Of a stretch of 32,000 bases of DNA, positions 7,752 to 16,553 are shown in pieces. A model generated the notes under the pieces. The model was not told the DNA's origin. It worked only from the letters and a program-made list of their open reading frames with translations, and made no database searches. This DNA comes from Sinorhizobium meliloti (lineage in GTDB: Bacteria; Pseudomonadota; Alphaproteobacteria; Rhizobiales; Rhizobiaceae), in the NCBI RefSeq assembly GCF_017876815.1, contig NZ_JAGIOS010000001.1, positions 1,110,001 to 1,142,000 on the forward strand. The letters run 5' to 3'. How positions within the stretch are numbered: the stretch's first letter is position 1; the number at the start of each line of letters is the position of its first letter. A program made the translations under genes and the position numbers.

Positions 7752-8744
7752 ATGAAAAAAACCATCCTCGGTCTCCTTGCATTCTCGATGATGTCCGCGA
7801 CGGCACTGGCCGCCGACATCAAGCCGGCGATCATCTACGACCTCGGCGGAAAATTCGACAAATCCTTCAACGAAGCGGCCTTCAACGGGGCCGAAAAGTT
7901 CAAGACCGAAACCGGCATCGAATATCGCGAGTTCGAGATCGCCAACGACGCCCAGCGCGAACAGGCGCTGCGCCGCTTCGCCAGCGACGGCAACAGCCCG
8001 ATCGTCATGGCCGGCTTCAACTGGGCCGCGTCGCTCGAGAAGCTCGCCGGCGAATATCCGGATACGAAGTTCGCGATCATCGACATGGTCGTCGAAAAGC
8101 CGAACGTCAAGTCGATCGTCTTCAAGGAGCAGGAAGGCTCCTATCTCGTCGGCGTTCTCGCCGGCCTCGCCTCCAAGACCAAGACGGTCAGCTTCGTCGG
8201 CGGCATGGACATCCCGCTGATCCACAAATTCGCCTGCGGCTATGTCGGCGGCGCCAAGTCGACCGGCGCGGACGTAAAGGTGCTCGAAGCTTACACCGGC
8301 ACCACGCCCGATGCATGGAACGACCCGGTCAAGGGCGGCGAAATCGCCAAGTCGCAGATCGATCAGGGCTCCGACGTCGTCTATCATGCTGCCGGCGGCA
8401 CCGGCGTCGGCGTGCTGCAGGCGGCAGCGGATGCGGGCAAGCTCGGAATCGGCGTCGATTCCAACCAGAACATGCTGCAGCCGGGCAAGGTGCTGACATC
8501 CATGCTGAAGCGCGTCGACGTCGCGGTCTACGACTCCTTCATGGCCGCGAAGGACGACAAGTTCGAATTCGGCATCTCCAACCTCGGCCTCAAGGAAGAC
8601 GGAGTCGGCTACGCGCTCGACGAGCACAACCAGGTGCTGATCACGCCGGAAATGAAGGAAGCGGTCGAGAAGGTGAAGGCCGACATCATCTCCGGCAAGG
8701 TCCAGGTTCACGACTATATGACCGACGAGACCTGCCCGTACTGA
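7752..8744 (+). CDS. BMP-family (Med/PnrA-like) ABC-transporter substrate-binding protein, orphan
   Basis: Signal peptide MKKTILGLLAFSMMSATALAA. Mature start DIKPAIIYDLGGKFDKSFNEAAFNGAEKF and FAIIDMVV/GVDSNQ motifs are typical of basic-membrane-protein (nucleoside-binding) SBPs. No permease or ATPase gene is adjacent. Confidence 0.85.
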   Translation: MKKTILGLLAFSMMSATALAADIKPAIIYDLGGKFDKSFNEAAFNGAEKFKTETGIEYREFEIANDAQREQALRRFASDGNSPIVMAGFNWAASLEKLAGEYPDTKFAIIDMVVEKPNVKSIVFKEQEGSYLVGVLAGLASKTKTVSFVGGMDIPLIHKFACGYVGGAKSTGADVKVLEAYTGTTPDAWNDPVKGGEIAKSQIDQGSDVVYHAAGGTGVGVLQAAADAGKLGIGVDSNQNMLQPGKVLTSMLKRVDVAVYDSFMAAKDDKFEFGISNLGLKEDGVGYALDEHNQVLITPEMKEAVEKVKADIISGKVQVHDYMTDETCPY

Positions 8745-8770
8745 TCGTCGCACATCAGACCGTATTCAAA

Positions 8771-8803
8771 AGCCTCCGGTTCATCCGACCGGAGGCTTTT
8801 TTC
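8771..8803. terminator. Bidirectional rho-independent terminator between the convergent BMP gene and slyX
   Basis: AGCCTCCGGT-tcatccg-ACCGGAGGCT is a perfect 10-bp stem. It is flanked by AAAA on the left and TTTTTT on the right. Confidence 0.8.
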
Positions 8804-8819
8804 GTCGGATCATGAGGCA

Positions 8820-9032
8820 TCAATAATGCGGCGGGCGCGTCACCGGAGTCGCATCTTGCGCCTGTTCTTCGAGGCTCAGGAACCGTTCGGTCAGACGATC
8901 GAGCTTGGCGCGCGTCTGCTCGACCACCTTCCATTGCTCCGCCAGTTGGTCCGAAAGCTCCTCGATGGTCTTCAATTGATGGGCCACCGTCTCTTCGAGC
9001 CGGGTGATCCGCTCTTCCGCATCGCGCATCAT
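8820..9032 (-). CDS. slyX: SlyX-family coiled-coil protein
   Basis: 70 aa. MMRDAEERITRLEETVAHQLKTIEELSDQLAEQWKVVEQTRAKLDRLTERF is the characteristic SlyX heptad pattern. GGAGAA RBS. Confidence 0.85.
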   Translation of the reverse strand: MMRDAEERITRLEETVAHQLKTIEELSDQLAEQWKVVEQTRAKLDRLTERFLSLEEQAQDATPVTRPPHY

Positions 9033-9108
9033 GCTTCTCCGTCGGTCGGGTTCAAAGTCGGGCGCAGAATGTCGGCGCGTGGCCGGGTGTCAAGGGACAG
9101 CGGTGCGA

Positions 9109-9843
9109 TCAGCTTCTCGCAGCCGCAGCCGTGCCCGCAAAACCGGTGTCCCGCGCCGAGAGCATCTTGTGCAGGTGCACCATCATGCCGGCGGCAAAGA
9201 GCGGCGTCAGCAGGTTGAGCAGAGGCACGGCAAGGAAGGCCGCCAGCACGAGGCCGGCAAGGAACACGGTGGAGCGATGTTTGGCACGGAAGAGCCGCGC
9301 CTCCGCCGGCGGACGATGGCGCATGGCGGCGAACTCGAAGAATTCTCGACCGAGCAGATAGCCGTTGACGAGGAAGAAGGCGACAAGATTGACGCCCGGC
9401 ACCAACAGGAGGAAGAGCGCGACGATGTTGCCGAGAATGACGACGCCGAGGAATTTCGCCGAACCGGTGATCGCCTCGGCGAGAGGCAGCGGCGTGCCGG
9501 GCGCCTCGCCGGGATAGTCCCTTTTCTCCACCACCTCGGCGACATCGTCGAGGAAGAAGCCGGCAATCAGCGCCGTCACCGGCGCCAGCAGCAGCGCCAG
9601 CGCGAGCGCGAGCCCCAGGCTCGCGAAGATGCCGACGACGAAAGTGAGCCACCCCGCCCAGTCGGGCGTGCCCGGCATCAGCGCATCGATCCAGGGCAGC
9701 GCAAGCCAGACGAAGAGCTCGCGCAGCGCGAACCAGAGCGCGACGAGCGCCAGCAGCGTCAGCCCGATGACTTTCCAAAAGACCGTGCGGGTCTCCGTCG
9801 CGAAAAGATTGGCGAAGGCAAGGCGCGCCGCATCGAGAATCAT
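9109..9843 (-). CDS. CysZ/EI24-family (sulfate-transporter-like) inner-membrane protein
   Basis: ORF 9109..10005 trimmed to the ATG at 9841-9843 (GGGAGA RBS). 244 aa with 4-6 TM segments. FFLDDVAEVVE and NGYLLGREFFE motifs resemble the EI24/CysZ family (from memory). Confidence 0.6.
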   Translation of the reverse strand: MILDAARLAFANLFATETRTVFWKVIGLTLLALVALWFALRELFVWLALPWIDALMPGTPDWAGWLTFVVGIFASLGLALALALLLAPVTALIAGFFLDDVAEVVEKRDYPGEAPGTPLPLAEAITGSAKFLGVVILGNIVALFLLLVPGVNLVAFFLVNGYLLGREFFEFAAMRHRPPAEARLFRAKHRSTVFLAGLVLAAFLAVPLLNLLTPLFAAGMMVHLHKMLSARDTGFAGTAAAARS

Positions 9844-10084
9844 GACCGTCTCCCTGGCCGATAAGTGCAACCGGAAGGCATGTAGGCAGAGCGACCGGCA
9901 GGGGCAAGCCGGCCGGAGGCGGTTTTTGGGCCTGCTGCTGCTTCCTTCTGTAGCGACAGCCCTCAAGCCGCCGGTTGCCTTACCGTCGGAGAAGAGCCCC
10001 GCCAACTCTACCGCGATAACGAGGAGGGCATTGTCGTGTGCGTCGAACGAATGCGATATGCTGGAGCGGGATGAGGAAAAGTGT

Positions 10085-10175
10085 GTGCGGTTTTCCGCCG
10101 CATCCCCCGTCTCAACTTCTTGGAATCGATCACGTTCATGTTTTTAGGTCGACCCGTCCTAAAAACATCGTGATC
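10085..10175. repeat. Rhizobial intergenic repeat: GTGCGGTTTTCCGCC core plus a long imperfect hairpin
   Basis: The 15-mer GTGCGGTTTTCCGCC at 10085-10099 is identical to window positions 3-17, which are also intergenic. It is followed by GATCACGttcATGTTTTTAGG (10128-10148) and CCTAAAAACATCGTGATC (10158-10175), which form an 18-bp stem with a 3-nt bulge. Spurious ORFs read it as ..EKCVRFSA.. and MRFSA... Confidence 0.6.
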
Positions 10176-10228
10176 TAGGGGAAGGAAAATCGTATCCGAG
10201 CGCTGGAACGCCAGCCGGAAAAGGTGCC

Positions 10229-11590
10229 ATGATCAACCAACGAACACTTGCGAGCCTCGCCGTTCTCGTGCAGTCCGGCAAGCTCGATCCCGTCGCGCTT
10301 GTCGCGGAAACCCTGACGCGGATCGAAGACCACCCCGACCGATCGATCTTCGTCGCGCTCACGCAGGAGCGTGCGGCGCGCGAAGCGAAGGCTGCCTCCG
10401 CGCGCATCAAGACCGGCCGCTCCCTCGGGCTGCTCGACGGCTTGCCCGTCGCCTGGAAGGACCTCTTCGATCTTGCCGGCAGCATCACGACCGCAGGTTC
10501 CGTCGTTCTGGCTGAAGGGTCGCCGGCCGCCGCCGACGCAACGGTGATCGCGGACCTCGGCAGCGCCGGCATGGTCAGCATCGGGCGGACCAATATGAGC
10601 GAATTCGCCTTCTCCGGCCTCGGTATCAATCCGCATTACGGCACGCCGCGCAATCCGAGGTCCGCGGATGTCCATCGCATCCCCGGCGGCTCCTCCTCCG
10701 GTTCCGCCGCTGCGGTCGCGGCCGGCCTCGTACCGCTGGCGATCGGCACCGACACCGGCGGCTCGGTCCGTATCCCGGCCGCAATGACCGGCATCGTCGG
10801 CTACAAGGCGACACGCGGCCGCTACGCGATGAAGGGCGTGTTCCCGCTCGCGCAAAGCCTCGATTCGCTTGGCCCCCTTTGCCAGACGGTGCAGGATGCA
10901 GTCTGGGCCGACGCCGCCATGCATGGGCTGACCGCGCCGGTGATCCGCCGCGCCGAGATCGCCGATCTTTCCATCGTCGTTCCCGAGACGATCGTCTTCG
11001 ACGATGCCGAAGCGGAAGTCGTGGCCGCATTCGAGGAAGCGATCAAGCGCCTCGAAGCGGCGGGCGCGAAGGTCCGGCGGCAGGCCTTCCCGAGCTTTGC
11101 GGAAATTTTCGAGCTTACCGCCCGCCACGGCGCTCTGGTGACGGCAGAGGCCTATGCGCTGCACCGGGAACGGCTGGCAGGGCCTGAAGCGGAGCGCATG
11201 GACCCGCGCGTCGTCGCCCGCACCCGCCTCGGCGAGAAGATCACCGTCAGCGATTACATCGCCCTCCTCGACGCCCGAGACCGGCTGATCCATGAGACCA
11301 TCGAGACTCTCAAGGCCGGCGAACTGATTGCACATCCGACCTTGCCGCATGTGGCGCCGCCGCTTGATCCGCTTCTTGCCGACGACGATCTCTTCTTCAA
11401 GGTCAATGCCAGGACGCTGCGCAATACCTCGATCGGCAACTTCCTGGATTTCTGCGGCGTCTCCATACCCTGCGGGACGGGTGCGGCCGGCATGCCGGCC
11501 GGCTTCCAGCTTGCAGCACCTCATCACCAGGACGACCGCCTGCTTTCCGCAGCACTCGCCGCCGAGGCGAGCATCCGGGGCGACGCATGA
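10229..11590 (+). CDS. Amidase-signature (AS) family amidase
   Basis: 453 aa. Carries the GGSSSGSAAAVAAG signature, the upstream catalytic Lys context PVAWKDLF and GTDTGGSVRIPA. Its stop overlaps the next gene's start (ATGA at 11587-11590). Confidence 0.9.
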   Translation: MINQRTLASLAVLVQSGKLDPVALVAETLTRIEDHPDRSIFVALTQERAAREAKAASARIKTGRSLGLLDGLPVAWKDLFDLAGSITTAGSVVLAEGSPAAADATVIADLGSAGMVSIGRTNMSEFAFSGLGINPHYGTPRNPRSADVHRIPGGSSSGSAAAVAAGLVPLAIGTDTGGSVRIPAAMTGIVGYKATRGRYAMKGVFPLAQSLDSLGPLCQTVQDAVWADAAMHGLTAPVIRRAEIADLSIVVPETIVFDDAEAEVVAAFEEAIKRLEAAGAKVRRQAFPSFAEIFELTARHGALVTAEAYALHRERLAGPEAERMDPRVVARTRLGEKITVSDYIALLDARDRLIHETIETLKAGELIAHPTLPHVAPPLDPLLADDDLFFKVNARTLRNTSIGNFLDFCGVSIPCGTGAAGMPAGFQLAAPHHQDDRLLSAALAAEASIRGDA

Positions 11591-12498
11591 TCGTCTGTTT
11601 CGACATCGGCGGCTCGGCGATCAAGGGCGCGATCACCCATTCGCCTGAGCGGATATTCCCGCTGCCCCGGCGCGCGACGCCGCTCACGGATTTCGGCCGC
11701 TTCGTCGAGGCGATGGAATCCGTGCTCGACGAAGCGGGGGGCCTGCCCGAAAGGGTGGCGATCTCGATCACCGGGGTGATCGATCCGGAGACGCGCCGGA
11801 TCAAGTGCGCCAACATTCCCTGCATCGACGGGCGTGAGCTCGTCGCCGAACTCGAAGCGGCACTGCACCTGCCGGTGGTGATCGCCAACGACGCCGATTG
11901 TTTCGCGCTTGCCGAAGCCGGTGTCGGCGCCGGGCGCGGCCATCGCATCGTCTTCGGTGCCATCCTCGGCACCGGCGTCGGCGGAGGGCTCGTGATCGAC
12001 GGCCGGCTGATCAATGCCGATGGCGGCTTTGCCGGCGAATGGGGCCACGGCCCCGCCGTTGCGGCCGCGGCCGGACACCCGCCCATTGCCATACCGGCCT
12101 TTCCCTGCGGCTGCGGCCAGAGCCGCTGCGTCGATACGGTCGGCGGTGCCCGCGGGCTGGAACGGCTTCATGAGACGGTCCACGGCAAGGCGCTCTCCAG
12201 TCACGACATAATCGAAGGCTGGCAGAACGGAAACGCCGAGGCGGCGCGGACGATCGACGTCTTCGTCGATCTGGTGAGTTCGCCGCTGGCGCTCGTGATC
12301 AACATCACCGGGGCGACGATCGTGCCGGTGGGCGGCGGCCTTTCCAATGCCGAAGCGCTGCTCGCCGAGATCGACCGGGCGGTGCGGGCGCGCATCCTCA
12401 GGCGTTTCGACCGGCCGCTCGTCGTGCGTGGCGAGTGCCGGGTGGAGCCCGGCCTGATCGGCGCCGCCCTGCTCGGCTTCGGAGGGAGATCGGCATGA
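11587..12498 (+). CDS. nagK: ROK-family N-acetyl-D-glucosamine kinase (E. coli NagK-like)
   Basis: 303 aa. MIVCFDIGGSAIKGA (ATP site), NDADCFALAEA, ILGTGVGGG, GEWGH and the zinc motif CGCGQSRCVDT are collinear with E. coli NagK, which is also 303 aa (from memory). Confidence 0.75.
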   Translation: MIVCFDIGGSAIKGAITHSPERIFPLPRRATPLTDFGRFVEAMESVLDEAGGLPERVAISITGVIDPETRRIKCANIPCIDGRELVAELEAALHLPVVIANDADCFALAEAGVGAGRGHRIVFGAILGTGVGGGLVIDGRLINADGGFAGEWGHGPAVAAAAGHPPIAIPAFPCGCGQSRCVDTVGGARGLERLHETVHGKALSSHDIIEGWQNGNAEAARTIDVFVDLVSSPLALVINITGATIVPVGGGLSNAEALLAEIDRAVRARILRRFDRPLVVRGECRVEPGLIGAALLGFGGRSA

Positions 12499-13232
12499 GC
12501 CGCATATCACTGGAGGTCTGCGTCGACGATCCGGATGGTCTGGAGGCAGCCGTTGCCGGCGGCGCCGATCGCATCGAACTCTGTTCGGCACTTGGCGCCG
12601 GAGGGCTGACCCCAAGTCCCGGCCTGATGGCCGTCGCCGCTCCGCCGCCGGTGCCGGTCTATGCGATGATCCGGCCGCGGGCGGGCGATTTCATCTATCA
12701 CAGGGCAGACCTCGAGGTCATGCGACGCGACATCGATGCGGCGCGGCATGCCGGGCTCGCAGGCGTGGTGCTCGGCGCATCGCTCGCCGACGGCCGCCTG
12801 GACGCGCGCATGCTGACGAAACTCGCCGGCCACGCGGCAGGGATGGGGCTCACGCTACACCGCGCCTTCGATCTGGTGCCGGATTTCGCCGAAGCGATGG
12901 AGATCGCCGTCGATCTCGGCTTCGAACGCATCCTGACCTCGGGCGGCGCGAAAACGGCACCGGAAGCGGTCGATACGCTGGAACGGCTCATCGAACTGTC
13001 GGCGGGACGGATCTCGATCATGCCCGGCTCGGGCATCACCAGCGACACGATCGAAGCGCTCGTGCCTCGGCTCGCCATCACCGAGGTCCATTCGTCCTGC
13101 TCAAGTGCTGAGCCGGCTAATGACATGCGCCTCGTCGAGATGGGATTCGCCGCGCCGGAGCGCCGCCGCACGGACGCGGCAAAGATCAGGGCGATGCGGG
13201 CGCGGCTCGATGCGCCGGCGGCAAAGGCTTGA
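12495..13232 (+). CDS. cutC: CutC-family TIM-barrel protein (annotated copper homeostasis protein CutC)
   Basis: ORF 12435..13232 trimmed to the ATG at 12495, which overlaps the nagK stop (ATGA). The N-terminus MSRISLEVCVDDPDGLEAAVAGGADRIELCSALGAGGLTPS and MIRPRAGDFIY, HRAFD and ILTSGG motifs are CutC hallmarks. Confidence 0.85.
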   Translation: MSRISLEVCVDDPDGLEAAVAGGADRIELCSALGAGGLTPSPGLMAVAAPPPVPVYAMIRPRAGDFIYHRADLEVMRRDIDAARHAGLAGVVLGASLADGRLDARMLTKLAGHAAGMGLTLHRAFDLVPDFAEAMEIAVDLGFERILTSGGAKTAPEAVDTLERLIELSAGRISIMPGSGITSDTIEALVPRLAITEVHSSCSSAEPANDMRLVEMGFAAPERRRTDAAKIRAMRARLDAPAAKA

Positions 13233-13256
13233 GAACAAAGGCTTCCGCCGGCGTCC

Positions 13257-13419
13257 GCCCCTCATCCCGCTGCCGCGACCTTCTCCCCGCAGGCGGGGAG
13301 AAGGGACAAGCGGCGCCGACTGAACCCCGCATTCACCGCCCGCCCGAGGGAGCGAGTGGGCGCGGCATATCCCTTCTCCCCGCCTGCGGGGAGAAGGTGG
13401 CGGCAGCCGGTTGAGGGGC
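13257..13419. repeat. RIME/REP-like composite palindrome (two inverted ~50-nt units, each with a CCTTCTCCCC-N6-GGGGAGAAGG hairpin)
   Basis: Unit A at 13257-13306 is gcccctcatcccgctgccgcgaCCTTCTCCCCgcaggcGGGGAGAAGGgac. Unit B at 13370-13418 is its near-perfect reverse complement, with 3 mismatches in the 21-nt flank. A further hairpin CAACCCCG-accgag-CGGGGTTG lies at 13419-13440. The region sits between the convergent cutC and nagA genes. Confidence 0.85.
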
Positions 13420-13515
13420 AACCCCGACCGAGCGGGGTTGAGGCGGTTGGGTTCCCGAGGGATCCCGCCAGCGTTCCAGGGGCACGTCCTCTCGCCTGCG
13501 AGGAGCCAAAACAGC

Positions 13516-14676
13516 TCAAGCCGCAAAAACCGTCTCCCCGCCGATCCAGGTCGATTTCATTGCGAGTTCCGGCGTGAGCAGCACGAAATCCGCATCCGTA
13601 CCCGGCAGGAGCCGGCCCTTGTGCGAGGCGATCCCCATGGCGTCGGCGGGATAGGCGGAGGCCATGCGGACCGCCTCCTCGATCGGCAGGCCAAGCTTTT
13701 GGTGGACGAAGCGGACAGACGAAAGCATGTCGATATCGGCGCCGGCAAGCGTGCCGTCGGCAAGCGTCAGGCGCCCGCCCTGGCGCAGGATTTCCCGTCC
13801 GTTCAGGAAGAAGCTCGTCTGATCGGTGCCGATCGGCGACATGGCGTCGGTGACCAGAAAGATCTGTCCCGGGCCTTTCTTGCCGCGCAGCGCGATGCCC
13901 ATCGAGGCCGGGTGAACGTGAAAACCGTCGGCGATCATGCCGGCGTGGAGCGTGCCGGTCGAAAGCGCCGCGCCGACCACGCCAGGCTCGCGATGGCCGA
14001 GTCCGCTCATGGCGTTGAAGAGATGCGTGACGGTCCGGGCACCCGCTTTGGCATAGGCGCAGGCGGTGTCGTAATCCACGTCGGTATGGCCGAGGCTCAC
14101 CACGACGCCGGCATCGGCCAGCGCCCGCACCTGCTCCTTGGTGGCGTTTTCCGGGGCCACGGTGAGCATCAGACGGCTGAGCGCCTTTGCGCAGGCGAGT
14201 ATCTCGGCAAGATCGTCATCGCCCATCGGACGGATCAGCGCCGGATCGTGAGCCCCCTTGCGCGCGACGGAAAGATGCGGGCCTTCGAGATGCAGGCCTA
14301 GGAAGCCGGGAACCGCCGCGGCTTTCGCCTCGATGCCTGCGGCGATGGCCGCGGTCCTGACCGCGCGCGTGTCGGTGATCAGCGTCGGCAGCAGCGCCGT
14401 CGTGCCGAATTGCGCATGCGCCGCGCAGATCTGCCGGATACTTTCGAGGGACGGCTTTTCGTTCAGAAGCGCGCCGCCGCCGCCGTTCACCTGCAGATCG
14501 ATGAAGCCGGGCACGAGAAGCAGGCCACGCGCGTCGATGATCTCGCCACCGGCGGGGACGCTTCCCGCCGGCGCAATCGCCTTGACGTGTCCTGCCTCGA
14601 TCACGAGGGCTGCCCCGTCGTGCCAGTCGATGCCGTCGAAAATCCGCGCTCCGCTGATCGTCTTCTTCGCAGTCAT
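13516..14676 (-). CDS. nagA: N-acetylglucosamine-6-phosphate deacetylase
   Basis: ORF 13516..15201 trimmed to the ATG at 14674-14676. 386 aa. PGFIDLQVNGGGG, LEGP, HLFNAM and FLVTDAM motifs belong to the NagA amidohydrolase family. Its start overlaps the upstream gene's stop (ATGA at 14673-14676). Confidence 0.93.
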   Translation of the reverse strand: MTAKKTISGARIFDGIDWHDGAALVIEAGHVKAIAPAGSVPAGGEIIDARGLLLVPGFIDLQVNGGGGALLNEKPSLESIRQICAAHAQFGTTALLPTLITDTRAVRTAAIAAGIEAKAAAVPGFLGLHLEGPHLSVARKGAHDPALIRPMGDDDLAEILACAKALSRLMLTVAPENATKEQVRALADAGVVVSLGHTDVDYDTACAYAKAGARTVTHLFNAMSGLGHREPGVVGAALSTGTLHAGMIADGFHVHPASMGIALRGKKGPGQIFLVTDAMSPIGTDQTSFFLNGREILRQGGRLTLADGTLAGADIDMLSSVRFVHQKLGLPIEEAVRMASAYPADAMGIASHKGRLLPGTDADFVLLTPELAMKSTWIGGETVFAA

Positions 14677-15701
14677 CGTGTCTCCGTCACCTTCTTGAGG
14701 TTCTCCGGTGCGTCGGGGTTCAGACCGCGAGAGCGGGACCAGGCCTCGACGAAGCCATAGAACGGCAGGATCAGCGCCAAGGCGTCGGTGAGCGGGTGCC
14801 CGGTCTCGACGAAGGGCAGGCGCTTTGCCTTGCCCGCGCGTGCCGAGGTCACGTGCACCACCGCGCCCTTGGCGCTCATGCCGTCCGCGATATCGGCGAC
14901 CGAGGCCTCGGCAGCATCGCGGGCGGCCAGCACGAGCACCGGGAACCGGTGCCCGACCAGCGCCACCGGTCCGTGCAGCACCTCTGCCGCGGAATAGGCC
15001 TCGGCATGCATGCCGGACGTCTCCTTGAACTTCAGCGCCGCTTCGCTGGCGATCGCCAGCGCCGGACCGCGGCCCAGCACATAGAGCGATTCGGCTTCTG
15101 CGAGATCGCCGGCGAAATCCTGCCAATCGAGCTTCACGGCCTTGGCAAGCTGGTTCGGCAGATCGGCGACCGCGTGCTTGAGCGTCGCGTCGCCGGTCCA
15201 CTCGCCGAGCACGGCAAGACCCGCGACGATCGAGTTAACATAGGACTTGGTCGCCGCCACGGCAATTTCGGGTCCGGCGAGAATGTCGAGCGGGTGGGTG
15301 CAGGCCTCGGCAATCGGCGACGGCAGCGTGTTCGTCAGCGCGATCGAAACGGCGCCGGCGCGCGTCGCGGCTTCGGCCATGGCCACGATGTCCGGGCTCT
15401 TGCCGGACTGCGAGATTGCAATCGCCGCCGCACCGCCGAGTTTCAGATCGGCACCGTATATCGACGCCAGCGAGGGTCCGAGCGAGGCGACCGGACGGCC
15501 GGTCGTGAGCTCGATCGCGTATTTCAGGAACAGCGCGGCATGGTCGGAAGAGCCCCTGGCGATCGTTACCAGAAAGGCCGGATCCTTGGCGCGCAGCGCC
15601 GCGCCGGCTTGCGCCAGCCTCGTGGCCGAGCGCTCCAGCAACCGGGCTGCGGCCTCGGGAATCTCGTCGATTTCTCGCCGCATGTTGGTCTGCATCGTCA
15701 T
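14673..15701 (-). CDS. SIS-domain glucosamine-6-phosphate deaminase/isomerase (NagB-II / GlmS C-terminal-like)
   Basis: 342 aa. Two SIS domains (ARGSSDHAALFLKY..., ISQSGKSPD, GRGPALAIASEAALKFKE). No glutaminase domain. Located immediately upstream of nagA. Confidence 0.85.
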   Translation of the reverse strand: MTMQTNMRREIDEIPEAAARLLERSATRLAQAGAALRAKDPAFLVTIARGSSDHAALFLKYAIELTTGRPVASLGPSLASIYGADLKLGGAAAIAISQSGKSPDIVAMAEAATRAGAVSIALTNTLPSPIAEACTHPLDILAGPEIAVAATKSYVNSIVAGLAVLGEWTGDATLKHAVADLPNQLAKAVKLDWQDFAGDLAEAESLYVLGRGPALAIASEAALKFKETSGMHAEAYSAAEVLHGPVALVGHRFPVLVLAARDAAEASVADIADGMSAKGAVVHVTSARAGKAKRLPFVETGHPLTDALALILPFYGFVEAWSRSRGLNPDAPENLKKVTETR

Positions 15702-15788
15702 ATCCTTTCATCAAATAGGCGAGATGCGGGCGGAGAACCGCTTTACACTATTCCTCATCCCACCCTTCCCTCGACCGGCCACGCCGGC

Positions 15789-16553
15789 TCAGTTTTCCGG
15801 GATCGTCAGCTCCGCAACGAAATCATAGGCATCGCCGCGGTAGAGCGACCGGGTGAATTCGACCACGCGCCCGGAGGCAAGATAGGAGACGCGCTCGATC
15901 GAAAGACCGGCGGCGCCGACGGCGACGCCGAGCATGGCCGCGTCCGGTTCCTTGATATTGCAGGCGGAGATCCGCTGCACCGCGCGCACCGGCCGAGCCT
16001 GCTTCTTCTCGAGCTCTGAATAGAGCGAGGAGGTGACGGCGAGCGGGTCGGGGACGAATTCCGCCGAAACGCAGGCGCGCTCGATCGCAAGCGGCATGTC
16101 GTCGGCAATGCGGAGCCGCCCGAGTCGCGCCACAAGCGCGTCGGCCGCAAGCCCGAGGGTCATCATCTCGTCGGGCGAGGGATGGAAGAGACCGCGCTCC
16201 AGCCATTCCGCACGCGTGTTGAGTCCGCGCCGGGCCATGTCCTCGGTGAAGGAGGTCAGGCGCGAGAGCGACTGCTCGACGCGCGAAACCGGGCGGACGA
16301 CGAAGGTGCCGGAACCGTGGCGGCGCACGAGGAGCCCGTCACGCACGAGATCGTAGACGGCTTTGCGGACGGTGACGCGGCTGACATTGGCGTAATCCGC
16401 GAGATCCCGCTCCGGCGGCAGCGCATCTCCGTGATTGAGCTTGCCCGACAGGATCGCCTCCTCGAGCGATTGCCTGAGCTTCAGATAGAGCGGACCGGCG
16501 CCCCCGGACTGCAGGGTTTCGAGCGGCAGAATGGCGGCGAGCTGCTGGTTCAT
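15789..16553 (-). CDS. GntR/HutC-subfamily transcriptional regulator (NagQ/NagR-type, UTRA effector domain)
   Basis: ORF 15789..16700 trimmed to the ATG at 16551-16553. Winged-HTH region PLYLKLRQSLEEAILSGKLNHGDALPPERDLADYANVSRVTVRKAVYDLVRDGLLVRRHGSGTFV followed by a UTRA-like C-terminal domain. Its start overlaps the kinase gene's stop (ATGA). Confidence 0.88.
   Translation of the reverse strand: MNQQLAAILPLETLQSGGAGPLYLKLRQSLEEAILSGKLNHGDALPPERDLADYANVSRVTVRKAVYDLVRDGLLVRRHGSGTFVVRPVSRVEQSLSRLTSFTEDMARRGLNTRAEWLERGLFHPSPDEMMTLGLAADALVARLGRLRIADDMPLAIERACVSAEFVPDPLAVTSSLYSELEKKQARPVRAVQRISACNIKEPDAAMLGVAVGAAGLSIERVSYLASGRVVEFTRSLYRGDAYDFVAELTIPEN

Noticed and set aside
13229-13519. Small ORFs sharing the peptide ..LLPACGEKVAAAG (13229..13414, 13262..13519, 24075..24335), which could look like a conserved small-protein family.
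   Set aside because: The shared peptide is simply the translation of the RIME-like DNA repeat (cttctccccgcctgcggggagaaggtggcggcagc). The copies occur in both orientations and have no RBS.
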